A DNA stretch of 64,000 nt from the human T2T-CHM13v2.0 reference genome, Homo sapiens: the NCBI RefSeq assembly GCF_009914755.1, contig NC_060936.1. The stretch is one strand, 5' to 3'. The notes beneath the pieces are model-generated. The model did no database searches. It worked only from the letters and a program-made list of their open reading frames with translations, and was not told the origin of the DNA. Below, piece after piece: positions 23,801 through 37,760 of this stretch (position 1 is its first letter; each line of letters begins with the position of its first letter). A program made the translations under genes and the position numbers.

Positions 23801-26569
23801 ACAGAGAGCCCCACTTCCAGCATGTGCCTCTAAGTATTATATCATAGAAGGTCCTCATCAGCTACATGGGATTAGGAGGAATCAAAGATTGTCTGTCTAG
23901 TTTGGTTTTCTTGCAGAAGATTCTGTATTCTGGAGTTAGACTCACGAAAACTTAGAGAAAGCACAGGGATGGGGTGGCCCTTTAAGGCCCTTCCTAGTCT
24001 GTGCCTGAGGTATACCTCGTGGTCTTCGTCTTGATCACCCCTCCATTAGGAGTCAGACATTGCCTTTTTCCACACATTGAGCATCAGATCCACATGGGAG
24101 GTGGTATGAAAGGGCACAATTTCACAGGTGATGCATAGACCCTTTAACAAATGAAGGCACTAGAACAATGTTGGATGCAGGGCTTCTGTCAGGGCAGGTA
24201 GGGGTATATTTATTATCCAGATACCCCTCAGATGAGCTGGGGAGAGGGAAAGTGAGTTTCTTTCTGCCAGGTGGAGACGATCAGGTCACACTGTACTCCA
24301 ACTGCTCTGTGCACAGAAATAAGCCCAGCTATAACCTGGGTTAAGAACACTCCCTTAAGGCAAGAAGGGATGCATGAAGTAGGATACAGGCTGCTGGAAG
24401 TCATGTTCTTTTCTCAAAGCAAAGACTTTGACTTTGTCACTAACACGCATGGTTACGAGATCTCCATGTACCATATTAAAGGCCATTTTAGCTCCCAGCA
24501 CAATTTCTGAAGTTTTCTATGACTGATCTTAGAGGGTTTTTTTTTTTCTTCTTCTTCCAGGACATCTTGCTCTATCTTTCTCATGAATGTAAAAGGCAGT
24601 GATCCCTGTCTGGGACAGATTAAAATGAGAAAAACCAAGGCATCTTGGAATGTCCCCCCTAGAGTACCCCTCCACGGCTAGCCAGTTTGGCAATTGCAAG
24701 GACAGAAACAGAGGCAGTGACAACCACGGTAGCCACAGCCAATGGGGCTTCTAGTGCCAAGGCCTGTGATAGCACATAGCATAGTTCCCCAGAGCATTCC
24801 TGTGAACAGTTGTGATGAAGGGCCACAGAAGGGAACAGCATGGAGCAAGTATCTTGTCTAAGACAGAAGTACAATGAGGGTTCTGAAGATGGTTCTAAAG
24901 ATGGAGGAACCACGATAGCGCTGAGGACCCCATGGTGGAGGAGCTTCGTTTCTAGATGAACTCAAACATTTTCACTTGTTTCTTGGCTACATGCACTAGA
25001 TTGACGTAATAGGGATCCAAAGTGGCCACCCCGAATGGGGGTATTCTACCCAACATAGTACTTGAACATATGGGTTAAAAGAGTCAGTAAAACCCTGAAA
25101 ATGTGGCCAGCTCAGGCCAGACAGCATCCCAAGGAAGGGAACAGCAAATATGCGGAAGAGATGGGAAAGGTACGTCATCTCTGTCCTGGTTCTCTGAAGG
25201 CATCTGGATAAAGGCTTTGGGATACCAGACTGTCATGGGGATGTTAGTCTTTGAGACAGACTGATCTACACTAAAGAAGTGGAAGTTCAGTGCCAAGTTG
25301 TTAATTGAAGTAGGAGAAAAAAGGTAGACGTAGTCAATTCTCTCAGACAACCTGGGCACCAGGTTGAGCAGACACCACCCTTTTGGAGTATAGCAAGTAT
25401 AGATGCAGAGCTCCACATATACTGGGGACTGCTTCAGGGGCACAGGTAGAGATGGACATTCAGGCATGGCCATTCTAGCACTATGACCACAGCCACTCAC
25501 GTACCTATCATGGCCCTCCCTCCCTCCTACATGAGGGCCCAGGGTAGTTTCCCTTTCCAGAGCTTATCCAGCCCCCACTGCAGAACTAGCATGACCAGAG
25601 CAATTACTGTTTAAAATTTAGACCGTGTGGCCCATAGCTGCTTCCACCCACCCAATGGCCCAATTGCTGGCCTTTCTGTTCTCCTGTCCTTCCTTCACCA
25701 TGATCTCCCACCTCCCAAGCTCTAACCTCAACTCATGCAGCATTTATTAAAAGAGTAACAAGCCATTTAACTGGAAATGTCCCCCTCAGCCGTATTAGGA
25801 AGCAGTATTGTGGTTGCTACAATTTGATAGTCATATTCTGGCTTTACTTACATGCCTCTGCTCAGAGGAGCCTCAAGTTTGGAGTGTGGGAGGATGAAGA
25901 CCACTTTGGTTCCAGACTCAAGCTAGAATGACTAACCATCCCTGGAACTGGGAAGGGATAGTGTGCATACCTTCACGATTCATATACAGCCTAATCTTAT
26001 ATGGCTTTGTTCAACAGCCTCACCTAATTTCAGGAAAGTAGAGGTGTAAATAGAGCTAAATAGGGATTCTAGATGAGGCTGGGTTACTTTTCAGAAAGCC
26101 AGCCTGGTCTGATTACTAAATTATAAGGAATACCAGTTGGATCACTTTTCTTGGTTTAGGACTATACAGAGGTACTCAAGTATAACTCATGGGAAAAGGG
26201 TATTATATGAGCCATGAGTGGTAGTGCTCATCTTGGTAGGGTGTTTATGACATATGGTAGGTGCCATTTTGACCAGAAATAAGGTATGAAGCAGAAGTAC
26301 TTCCTGGAAGTGACAGAATTGGTTTATACTTTAAGAACATTTAGGTCAAGACTGGTGTCTACCTCAAATGTGCATCACTAAGATTCAGTGTAAAGATAAA
26401 CCAACAATACTGTAACTTGCAGTAAGCTTCACTTCTGCTTGCTAAAGGAGATGGGAAGTAGAAGAGGATTTGATCCAATCAAATCGTAACACAGGAATCT
26501 GGGATTCAAGCAACTTGAATGAGGAAGACATCCCAAACTCAGGGAAACTCTATGCTTGTCAACTGCAAT

Positions 26570-26900
26570 AGATGCAGTGACTCATTCAGACCCCTCCTAT
26601 CCCCTTCATTCTGATGTCTTCACTTACTAGCAGACAGCCCTCATTGGTCAGCCCCTGAAAAGAGCTGCCTCCTAGGTTACGCCATTTCCTGACACTGTTC
26701 CAGCCAGAGACTAATCAACAGGACAGAGGTCCAGTGTTCTTACCTCTACTCAGGACAGCTTAGGTCATTCTATCTTCAGGACACCTTGTTGGGTTGGCCA
26801 AGGCTTTCATCAAGTCTATATGAACAGCTCACCCATCTGCCCAACCCTGCTTCCTTCTCTCTGTTTCCAGAGGTATCAAGCCCCAGAACCTTCTGGACAG
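26570..26900. mobile_element. Old ERVL LTR remnant (LTR41/LTR33-like)
   Basis: AGAGCTGCCTCCTAGGTTACGCCATTTCC...GACTAATCAACAGG resembles ERVL LTR41-type motifs; very degenerate. Confidence 0.3.
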
Positions 26901-27788
26901 CAAGACAGTAGCAGACAAGAGGGTAGACAGCATCAGGGCCTCCCTTTGAGAGGGTTTGAGAAAGTAAGAGACCAAGTGGAATCTTGTATCTGGAGTACCA
27001 GAACCAAGGGTATTTTTACCACTCTGGGAGAGACTTCAATCCCTGGAAGCACCCATCAACTACCTCGGGATATCTTAGAAAGTCAACTGCAGTGCATCTG
27101 GGGGTGTGTCTGGATCATTCAGACCAGATCAGGATGTACACACAGCTGTAGCAGAGGGACAACCCAAACAGCTTCTAAGTTTGAAACAGCCCCATGGATC
27201 TACCTGCCATTTTCCTTCTTCAGTTGGCTAGTCTACTTCCAGAAGCTTGCATCCTGCTATCTCAAAGACAGCTACTTAAACTGCTCAGCAGCCTGCTGAG
27301 ATACCGGAGAAGCCAATATTCCACAAGTGTGCTGACGTTGCCACCACCTACCTGTCCAGAGCATTTAAGCCACTTCCCCAAAGGAACTGGGAAGAAATTC
27401 TCAGTAACTTTGCCAAAGGCTTCTGGGGCCATCGATACTTGTATACTGGTATCTCAGATAGAGCTTCTAAGTCTGAGCCTACAAGTTGAGGGATGCCTGT
27501 CTCACTGTCCTCCTGGCTCTCACCCCAGCCTCCTTGGTCTTCTGAGGTCATTTCCACATTGGGCAAACATGCTCTTAACACCAGTGGAGCTGACAAAAGC
27601 TGGGATCATGTGAAATACCCCATTGGACATGTAGGTGGATACAGGTTAATTTCAAGTAGAATGTATCCATCAGAACGCCAAGTTGCATTGCTGGTATTAC
27701 AGCAGGTAGATGTGCAGTTGAATACATCCGTCTCCACTCTTCCTTATGAGGGTATAATAGCTTTGAGGAAAACAAATAGCAATAGCAT

Positions 27789-27942
27789 CTAGACCCTTAG
27801 GGTCCTCTGTTCTTTCCTCAGCTGGAACTGTTAAGAAAATGGAAATGGCCAGGAGGGGTGGCTCACACCTGTAATCTCAGCACTCTAGGAGGCCAAGGCA
27901 GGTGGAACACTTGAGGTCAGGAGTTCAAGACCAGCCTGGCCA
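27789..27942 (+). repeat. Inverted copy of 30311-30462 (unique flank plus Alu left-arm part)
   Basis: Reverse complement of 30311-30462 at about 91% identity by hand count. Includes about 60 bp of non-Alu flank and Alu variants shared by both copies (AATCTCAGC, AACACTTGAGG). Confidence 0.95.
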
Positions 27943-28078
27943 TCTCCCATCTTTTTCAAAGCTTTGAATCTAAAGATGACATCTAGTTGTATTTCCATAC
28001 ATTCTAGTTCACCACGACCTCCCTCACCATGGTCTCTTTTTCACCCAAGTTATGTAGTCCATTCAGAAGGGTTACTTC
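27940..28078 (+). repeat. Direct copy of 29116-29255
   Basis: CCATCTCC.ATCTTTTTCAAAGCTTTGAATCTAAAGATGAC...CAGAAGGGTTACTTC is present at both sites, with 4 substitutions and 1 indel. Confidence 0.97.
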
Positions 28079-29614
28079 CCTGTGAGCTTCCTTCCCAAAT
28101 GTATAGCCCTACGTGGTATCAGCCCGACTGACAACAAAAAAAGGCATCCATGAACATAGCACCATCGGGTTTGGTTTGCCTGAGGACATGCTGGAAGAAC
28201 TTGAAGTCACAGCAGCCCTTCAATGTGAGTTATCGTTCATTCAGAAGTCATTAGACAGCTGTGTCTGTTACCATATTATACCACAAAGGATTAATTGTAA
28301 GGTAACACCCAATCACTTATGTGAACCAAAGCAGTGTTGGAAGTACCATCCATTCCTGACTGGTGTTTATGAGCTGCCAGCCCTAGCTGCCAATCTAGAG
28401 GAAAAACCAATCCTACTTTCTAGCTGGTTACTGAGCAAAAGACCCTGGAGGTTGACCCTGAAGGCATGAGAAAGAGTTTCATCTGAAGAGAGTCCTAGCT
28501 ATGCAGATGTTTAAGATACAAGTAGATCCTATTCCTTAGAATAACCACCCATGAGGAGAGGTGGCTGACAATGCTTCAAACTCCTGAAGTCTTCATGAGT
28601 AGTTTTCAGAAAGGGAGTTGACTCCCCGTGAGGGAATCCCTCTCATAGGATCCCATGCCCTGAGAATAAGTTGGAAGAGCTCAGCCATCTAGAGGCCATT
28701 GGGGGAAGAGGCAAGTGGTCTGAGCTTTGGCATGTATCAAACTTGAGCTTTTCTTAGAAGGGAGCTCCCTCCCAGGAGCACATACCCCAGAAAAAAGTCA
28801 AGTTCGACCAGGTATGGAGCTTAGCTACAAGTAGAGCTCAAGAGAAGCTTGTGAGGTCAACAAGTCTCTGAAGAGCAGAACGGAAAAGCAGAAGCAGTGG
28901 CCCTTTCAAACCAGAAAATGCACTGGGAAGGCCTCTGGACTATCCACTGATCACGTGCTGTTTGCACAGTGCACCCTGCTTTGGGGTCTATGGGGTAAGT
29001 ACCTAGTGTACATGTCCTGTTTCTTCCTTCTGACCTCAGTGACAGTGAGGGTCCCATTCATTCCCACACCCCTCAGTACCATAGTTGGTCAAGGACCCTC
29101 CATTGCTACTGTATTCCATCTCCAATCTTTTTCAAAGCTTTGAATCTAAAGATGACGTCTAGTTGTATTTCCATACATTCTAGTGCACCATGACCTCCCT
29201 TCACCATGGTCTCTTTTTCACCCAAGTTATGTAGTCCATTCAGAAGGGTTACTTCAGAGAAAGAAATAGGTTCTGTGAGCAACAGCAGGTGAGATCCAGT
29301 CATTTTGGAGGCTCTTTTGCCAAGTGGTGCTTTCTGCTTCCAAGTTGCCCCTTTTAAGAAACCCTGCTCAAATGAAGTCACTTTATTTTTGTTCTATTAT
29401 TTCAGTGAAATTGTTCAGAACATAGAGTATTCTCTTCATTGCTTTCAACCTGCCCAAACTCAGGGGCTCTTCTGTTCTAGTTTGCAGTCAAGACCAGTGA
29501 AGACTTTGGCTTCCTGGTATATGAAACCGACTTCACATTTCATTTGTGGCATAGGTTTTTGGGAATAGGATACAGAGAGGAAAGATTACTACTGGCTTCA
29601 GCCAAGATCAGCAC

Positions 29615-29620
<6 letters not shown>

Positions 29621-29676
<56 letters not shown>
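29621..29676. repeat. (TA)28 microsatellite
   Basis: Perfect TA run. Confidence 0.99.
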
Positions 29677-29679
<3 letters not shown>

Positions 29680-30094
29680 CACAAATACTTGCTGGCATAG
29701 ATAATACCTTTTAATCTACCCAGGTTTATACCAGCAAGGCTCAAGTGCACTCAAACCTCAGGGTGACTCTGGAGTTAAGCTTACCCCAGGAAGATAGACC
29801 ATAGCTGTTAGCACCTGGCTAATGCTCTGGCCATAGGAGGGGGCCATCTGACATGAACTATAGGCCTCCATACAAGGTGGCAGGCTGGGAAAAAAAATCC
29901 CACTGGTAGACAAAGCAGCCTATAAACTACTGAGCAAGGGAATATACTCCTGGTAACTCAGAGAACAGGGTAAAGAATGAAGAATGAGTCTGGCAGGAGG
30001 CACAAGTGGAAAATATCAGCACCTTCCCAACACATGAATTCTTTGACCACACAGATTCAAGATCTTTGGCCTCAAAGACCTGGCCCTGGAGTGA

Positions 30095-30405
<311 letters not shown>

Positions 30406-33400
30406 ATTTCCATCTTCTTACACTTCCAGCTGAGGAAAGAACAGAGGACCCCATGGGTCTAGCATACAGGAGCCTTAAGATGGAAGGGATGGGTTTACTG
30501 AATGAAGTTAAGACGTTAACCTGCAGTTCTAGGCATCTGTTGGTCAGCAAGATTATTGGGACAGAGGTACAGAAGAGCTGATTACATATTCCTGAACAGA
30601 TGCATGGAACTGCATGTGAAGAAATAAGATGGAGATAAAGAGCTTTAGATTTAAATATAAGTCTGGGAGAAAAGTCGGTCTATAGATGAAGCTTGGTTTC
30701 GCCTCCTGAAATAGGCATCTAGAGGTAAGTCACAAGGTAAGCAGCCAGATGCAAGATGACGACTTCCCGGAAATGAGAAATAGACTGTTTCTCTCAGGGT
30801 TGAGAAATAGCTCAAGTCTCTACCCATATCCAAAAGCAGATGTTGGGAGAATGCAGGAAGGAAGAAATGGAAGAAATGCCTGGAAGACTAGGTGCTGATC
30901 CTCAGGCCAGGCATTCCAATAGCCCTGGGTACCCACGCTGAGGAAGAATGTTAAAAACCAAGGGGCTGGGAGAGCCTTCTGTATCTGACTCCTATCAGCA
31001 TCCATTCCTCAGGTATCCAGTCAGGTTTGGAATCAAAGACAACTTGTCCTTTCAGATCAGCCTTGGGGGGGAGTCGCTACCCTGATCTTTGTACCTCCTG
31101 TGTCCGAGTGCTTTGGCATTTGAGTTTAATCCTTCCTTTTTAAGTGAATGCAAAACAAACACCATGCTCCCTTTCTTTTTTAGGGATAGGGATCCCATTG
31201 GTGCTCCCACCCCTAGCAGCAGGGAAACAGACTTTTGTTCTCTGGGGTCAGGGAGGAGACACTCTGGAGGTGGCCCACTCCCAAGCCCCTGCCTGCCCCT
31301 CTCAGTCCCAAAGCCAAAGGCTGGAGCCACTGTCAGGACTCATTAGAGGGTCTGAGTGTCTTTGCTTCATTTTTAAGATGTCAGGCTCTGGATAATCACC
31401 TCTACACAGAGTTGAGGTGGGGGCAGGCACCCTGGACCAAGTATTCAGGCTCATTAAGGCCAGATCCTTAATGATATTAAGGACGGATGTTACTTGTCCC
31501 CTTGCACTGAGCAGTCGTGACTAGCTTTGTTCTGGTCTTTTATGGCCTGGGAACTAATTGATCCAGGGCACAGAGGCTCCATCTTGGTGAATACACAGAC
31601 ACCATAGGAAAAGAGAATAGGAAACAAGTCTCAGCATTTGCCACAAAGCTCTCTCCTAAGACTCATTGAGGGCTTATTCCATTAGGAGGAAGTCAGCCTG
31701 GTCAGTCTTGTTACAGCAAGCTTGGAAAAGTTTGAGTGTCTGGTTAGCTTCATAGTTTGGGTTATAAATAGCCCATTCTAAACCAGAAGCATTGAAGAAG
31801 GTTAGAGAATAAGCTGGAGCTTGAAGGCGTAGTTTCCAGCTATACACATTGCAGACATCTCGTGTTCCTAGCACCAGTGGCCCAGTGTGGCACAGCAGCC
31901 AAGACAGACACCCTTTCCTAAGGGTAGAAGACTCCAGAAAGGAGATTCAGGAACCAGATTTACCACCACGCCCATAAAGCTGTGCAGCTATAGTTAAGTC
32001 AAATCAGTAAGTCTTAGCATTTATTATCTAAGCAGCACCAGTGCCTCTCATTTGTCTCCAGGTTATGAAAGACATAGTGGGGGAGGAGAGGCACACAAGT
32101 TCCATGAGACATTCCAGTAGGATCACATGGCCCCTAAAATGGAGGTCTGTACATCTCTACAAAGATTTACCTACTTCTGTAGATTTAGCCATAGGGGAGT
32201 CTAAGATAACACTTAAAGTCAGCTCTGGTTAAGATGGCAAAGGATCCTCCAGCGACAGCCAAGCTCAAGGGGTTCCCAGAATCCCCGTGGCCAGTACAGT
32301 TGTCACAATCACTCTAGAGCCCTGGAGGCCAGGTCAGCTGAAAAGCTGCAAGGAGGACTGCAGGGAAGACTCCTGTTCCTGTCCGTAGACCCAAGTTCAA
32401 GGGATAAATCCAGGAATGTTACATAAGTTCACTCAACACGTTGAGTGTTTCAGATTGACCTAGCGAATGAAGCATTTGAACATTTTTCTAAACATGTTTC
32501 TTACAACGCAGTTAAACGCTGGGTTGCAAGTTGTTCCAGTGCATGTAAGAGCATGATGGACTGTGCTTGTGTAGTCACTGTTATCTGCACAGGTAGCTTT
32601 CAGAGCACTCCTCATTGCAACACCCTAGGAGGCCAAGTAGGGCACCTAGTTCAGAGCACCTGTGTCTTAAAAGCAGAAATTCAGTACTCAGCTTACTACA
32701 TGCCAGGCAATTTTAAGCCCGTTTAATAGTGTTGAGAATTAAGTCAGTTGTGTGTCTCAGCTGAGGAAGCTAGATGAGTTGACATGCCTGTGCCACAGAA
32801 GTCTCACAACTGAGTCAGTGGCCAGGCAGGAGTCTCACTCGGGCTGTTGGGTGCCAGTCCACAGTCATTACTAGATCATACTGCAAAAGCCATAGGGCAT
32901 TGTCACAGTAATCCCAAGTTCAACCTTGAGGCAACCCAGTATCTCACCCTGAGTGCCTGTAGTCACAGACTTAAGCAACACTTTCTATTACTGGAGTCAC
33001 AAATAGGACAGATACTCAAGTAAAATGGGCTGTTCCATGAAATTGATATATCCTGAAGTATATCTTCCTACCCAGACAAGGAAGTGGGTCGGCTGGTTTT
33101 TATGGATTCTCCTTGTCCTAGTCTTTCAAGATACTGATCTTCATATTGGTTCTTTGGGGTAAGGGAGGGAGACTGCTTTCAAATTCATTGGGCAGCAATA
33201 ATGCAGTTCTGCCCAGTTTTATATACCAAGTTCTACAGAAAACGGCCTATCTCACTTTACTCAAAAACCATGTCTGAAGGCAAAACAGCCTCCCAGGACT
33301 TCCTTGTTTTCTGGAATCATCATTTGCACCTTGGAACCCTAGCAGCACCCTTCAGTCTGTATACCAAATGAACTTAGGTCTGGCAAAGCACAGCTCATAA

Positions 33401-33689
33401 TCAGCAGTATCTACTGTGTACAGTTGAGAATGGATCCTGCAGATGTGGGACAGCTGTTTGCACTTAGCAGTTAAGTGTCCCTGCAATGCAGGCGGCCTCT
33501 GACAAAGGCATTGTTCTTTGCAAAGCATCCATCTCTCAAAGACTTTCTAAATCAGGCCCAGATGTTTACATACAACTCGCATTTCTCTGAAGATTCCTCT
33601 TTCTAGAGAAGTCGGTTTTTACTAAGGTATATGCAGAATGCACAATCTAGCATGCACAACCCCAGAAGGCAGGATTCATATAGTAGTTA

Positions 33690-33830
33690 GGTGCTAGGAA
33701 CAGGCAAGACACCTCCATAGTCTAATCCAACCCTCAAGCCTATGAGGTTGACAGTATGCCCATTTTACAGATATGAAAGTAGCTAATGCACCAAGACATG
33801 CAGCAAGACACAGTACCAGTTTTTGAACAC
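33690..33830 (-). mobile_element. MIR fragment
   Basis: CCTATGAGG...CCCATTTTACAGAT core. Confidence 0.55.
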
Positions 33831-35879
33831 TAAAGCCATTCAACAAAGATTACAAGTTAGCCCTAAATATCAGTCCTTACCTCTTCCCAGTAACAGAACT
33901 TCTCTTTTTAGTTAGGTAAACCAGATTGCCCAGAATAGGCAGTTTTTCTGGTAGCTATGTGTGGTCGTCTCACTAAAGAGACAGCAAATGGAACATAAGT
34001 AGAACTTGTGAATTCAGGTCCCAGGCACTATCCTTAGAGCAGTGGTACCTCATTTATCCCTTTTTTAAAATCTTCCCATTGGTTAGAATCCAGACAGTAG
34101 CTGAAGCTCTAACAGAAATCTTGGAATATAATGCAACCTTGGGAATGAATGCCTTGCACAGAGTGACAAGCCTGGAGATTTTGAGGCCCTCTTCCAAAAA
34201 AAGCAAAGTTTGGGGAAAGAGAATGTCAGTTTTCTTGGCTTCAAGACTAGACTTAGGAAGACTCAGGGTAGAGTAGTGCTTTCCAGGGAACAGGGTCAAG
34301 TTAGGAGTTGAGCTACTGAAGTTTTTGGTTTCAAGTCTCTGGTCAGAACCCTAGGGCAGACCAGAGTTTATGATAGCTCAGGTCATGGGTGTATCAAACA
34401 CCACACTGAGGGCTTGTGTCGAGAGATCAGCGATACTCTAGAGTCACTGTGAGACCCTCAAGCCATCCACCAGCACTTGTCTAACTTCTTACTCCTTAGC
34501 TGTTAACACCCAGACTCGCTCCCCCTAAACTAGAACACACCTTGGTCTGTGTCAGTCTTCTGAGCAACCAGCTCTCATGGACTATCTTCCCTACTATCCC
34601 TAGGGGTTCCCAGAAAGGGACAGTATGAGCCCTAAGTAACTGAGGCATAGACAGTTACAGATCAGGTGACATACATTGGGCCTGGTTCACAACCTGCATG
34701 TACGTTGTCTTAGTCTTTGCAATACTCATTTTAGAGGAGACTGGAGTTTATAGTAATACCATGTTCATAGTCACAGCTTTAAACCCAGGTTTAAGTCCGT
34801 TTTTAAGACGGCACCTCTACAAAAGAAATCAGCTTTAAGAGGGCATTAGTAAGGCTTTGGTGTCCTTGAAAATAGAACTAAAGTAGTGCTGGCTCAGGGG
34901 ATGGGATTGATTGTGGTGATTGGAAAGGGTCCCGGCTCCCACTGTGCTTGCCCTTCAGCCCAAGTGCCTACTTAGATTAGTCCCCAGCAGATCTCAGGGG
35001 GAAATTACAAGCAAGTGTTCAATTTCTCCTTCCGCAGCAGTTTGGGGCTGGGAAATTGTTTCTCCCCTGCAATCTTTCTACACTCACAGCTGTGACTCTC
35101 TGCACTGTCAGTGCCTTGCCAGCAGGTTGAAAATGAATGTATTTCCTGTGGATGGCTGTCAGGGAGGACACATGTGCATGTTCACCTTCTTGCATTCAGG
35201 CACCAGGTCTTCTACTGGGTGCCGGCAAGCATGGGGGAACACAGTCCCAGGGCTGACGTGCTAGGCATTGTCTGCCATCTGTTCATCTAGGGTTTCTGAT
35301 GAACAGGGAAGTCTGATTGACCCCTGCTGGAGCCCCTCATAAGCCATGGCAGGAAGTGCTATGACCCCACGTGCTTGCACTGGGGAAGGGAAGAGGAATG
35401 CCTGACTCGTGGCATTCCTTCTACTCTGAGGGTGTGCAGAGAGCTAGGATAGTGGTACACTTTCCAGCTATGGCTTCCTGTGCTTAAGACTGCTTCTGTT
35501 TGCTGTACAACTCCTTCTGTATGGGTAGGGTATGGAAGGGAGAGAGTTTGTCCTGAATTCATATTTTTTGAATAAGGATATGTCCAGTGGTTTATGCAAC
35601 AATGGAGTCACTTGGAGCAAAGTGACCCAGTCAGCTTCCAGTGAGCTTAGAGAGCATTTTCCAAATCTTACCTTTTGAAGGTCTTGCTTAGATACCAGTT
35701 ATTCCAAGCAGCTTTTGCTGGTTTTCCATCAAGCTTCAGGGACCAGCGAGCACTTCTGAGAGTTCTATAGCATTCTCTTGACCCAAGGCCATTTATCAGG
35801 CTGTAATACACTGACCTGTCTCCCAGTAGGCTAGACTGTGGGGGCAAGGACATAGTGGTATTTAGTCACTTACACGAGT

Positions 35880-36040
35880 ACTGGTGCACCAGGAAGAGTG
35901 TTAAGGCCCTTACCTGACACATGCAGTTTTGAGAAGTTATTCCCATTTTACAGATAAAACTAGCTCAGAAGGTAATATTCACCCAGAGCATGTCAATAAT
36001 AAGAGGCAGAAAGGAAATAGATGTAGTCCAAGGTCAAACA
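35880..36040 (-). mobile_element. MIR fragment
   Basis: TTATTCCCATTTTACAGATAAAACTAGCTCAGAAGGT core. Confidence 0.55.
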
Positions 36041-37329
36041 TTGATCATTAAGAGTCAGACACTAGTGTTTAGAGTGAACTCAGCTCTGTGAAATCCTGTA
36101 TTTGCAAAGAACCTAACACCTAGAAGACTGTCCCAAGGCAGCTTCTTCAGTGATGTTAGAAATGTTATAAGAATTTCCTATAGGACAGCCAATGTCAAGG
36201 CTTATTTCCATCTATTATGGCAGTTTTTTGCAGTGGAAGTACCATCCCAAGGTCCTAAGTCATCCTAATAAGAGAATGTGAGAACATTGACAAGCCTTAA
36301 ACTATGGCCTATGTCCTTACCTCCAGGAACATACTTAGGGCTGAATTAATGTCCATTCATGCATCCATTTCAATAGTGTTGTCTACCCACCTGTCTAGAG
36401 TCTTGTTGGGTGTTCTGAGGTCCCAACCTCTGTCAGGCAGCCCCTTGTCCTATGGCTTTTACTGGAGTTGACACCCAGGTGTGGCAGCTCCCACTATTGC
36501 TAACTTGTGAGTGCTTTCCCATTGTTCACTCCCTTAGCTCTGCTCACATCCCTATGAAGCCTATTCCTCATCGTCAGCTAAATCCCTTTGAAGGCACCAG
36601 CTGCTCCTCACCAGGGCCCTGGCTCAGCACTAGATATATAGTTAACTGGACCTGGTACAAAGCGAGAATGTGGATACCTTGTTTATAAGGCTAAGGCTGT
36701 GGCATCAAGGTATTAACAAGCACAGGGCCCCACTAAGCACAAAGCCCTTTGTGGTTGTAGATTGTACACCCATGAATCTGGCCCTGCATCCACGTAAGCA
36801 ATGTTTTTTCATTCATCCAGGCCAAGGCCAATCACACAGGGCTACAGGTAAGGGATGGTTAAGTGCTCTACCAGTGTTGTGGCTTTTTGGCAAGACTATC
36901 CACTGGACATGCAGTTGGGATTCCCTAAGAGGGGACAAAGTCTGCCATTTTCCCCAGGTATGAGAACAAAATATGGAGACCAGTAGTCCATTCACCTTGG
37001 TCCAGAGAGTTTGAGAATGAGGATAAGGGAGGTGTCCAGCTATGTGTTTCTACAGCAGGGAGATTTCAGATTCACTGATGGTAAAGACACTAAGCTAACA
37101 ATAGTTCAAGATATGAGCTTTTGCTTGGCTGAGCATTTTACATGCATTCCAAGTTCATCTTAAATGAATAGTCTCACTTTCCAGATAGACAGGTATGGGG
37201 CAAGAAAGTGACATGCCTAAGTGTACACAGACAGTATAAGTGACAAACAATTTCAGACAGTGTTCTCAGAAAAGCACTTATCTGTGCTGATCTGAGCTAA
37301 GCATCTTATACTATTTATCAAGTCCTCAC

Positions 37330-37650
37330 ATCTCAGTTGACTGTTGTGGCAACTGTGGAACTACATCAAGTCTGGGAAAATAGCTGACAGGTGGCCCCAG
37401 CTGCTGAGGTCTGCAGAAAATCTGCAAAGGCCATTCTCTCCATGAGTGACTCCCAGCTGATGAGTCCATTGGCCTTGCCAAACCTTCTTGGACTGCCTCA
37501 TTTAGTATGCTTCTATTTAGCCTCTTCACAGAGGCCAAGCTTGCATCAAGATCTAAATCTCTGTGTCCTCCAGCTCCCTTATCTATTTTCCTTTACAATT
37601 CTCTTGCATGTCTAATCCTGCTTTAGCTTCTCAGGACCTAGATTAATGCA
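37330..37650 (+). mobile_element. ERVL LTR 3' part (LTR40/41-like)
   Basis: CTCTTGCATGTCTAATCCTG..GCTTCTCAGGACCTAGATTAA resembles the 3' terminus of LTR40/41. Confidence 0.4.
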
Positions 37651-37659
37651 GGAGTACAG

Positions 37660-37760
37660 CATCCAGTTTGAAGACTAAGGCTCAGAGGTTAAGCCTTTGC
37701 CTAATGCCACATAGCAATAGTCAAACCCAAATTCAGAGTCTGGAACCTAATTTCAATTGC
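37660..37760 (-). mobile_element. MIR fragment
   Basis: ACTAAGGCTCAGAGGTTAAG..TTGCCTAATGCCACATAGC. Confidence 0.55.

Larger units (their letters stand above)
1..24400 (+). repeat. Ancient degenerate tandem array, about 5 partial copies of a 4-5 kb unit (probably continues left of the window)
   Basis: Collinear anchors recur in the same order. TGCTCTGGGCTCA-like at 1029, 7571, 14681, 18725, 24303. AAGATCCT-like at 737, 7280, 14398, 18438. CAATGCCTCT at about 5048, 8354, 19487. CAGTGCTGA/CAGTGCAGA block at about 6641, 10370, 15889, 21191. AGCCTCAGCC..AGATGCCAA at about 10711, 11805, 21537. CCATG.CCCTTTCAGATCTA at about 13167 and 17617. Confidence 0.9.

Noticed and set aside
1-24400. Tandem array as a miRNA or C/D-box snoRNA cluster (C19MC, miR-506 or SNORD-type)
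   Set aside because: I found no conserved hairpin or C/D box pair shared among the units and no recognisable mature sequence; divergence looks uniform.
26820-27792. Longest ORFs in the track (159, 139 and 99 aa)
   Set aside because: No recognisable domain, overlapping frames, composition typical of random ORFs, and partly overlapping LTR-like decay.
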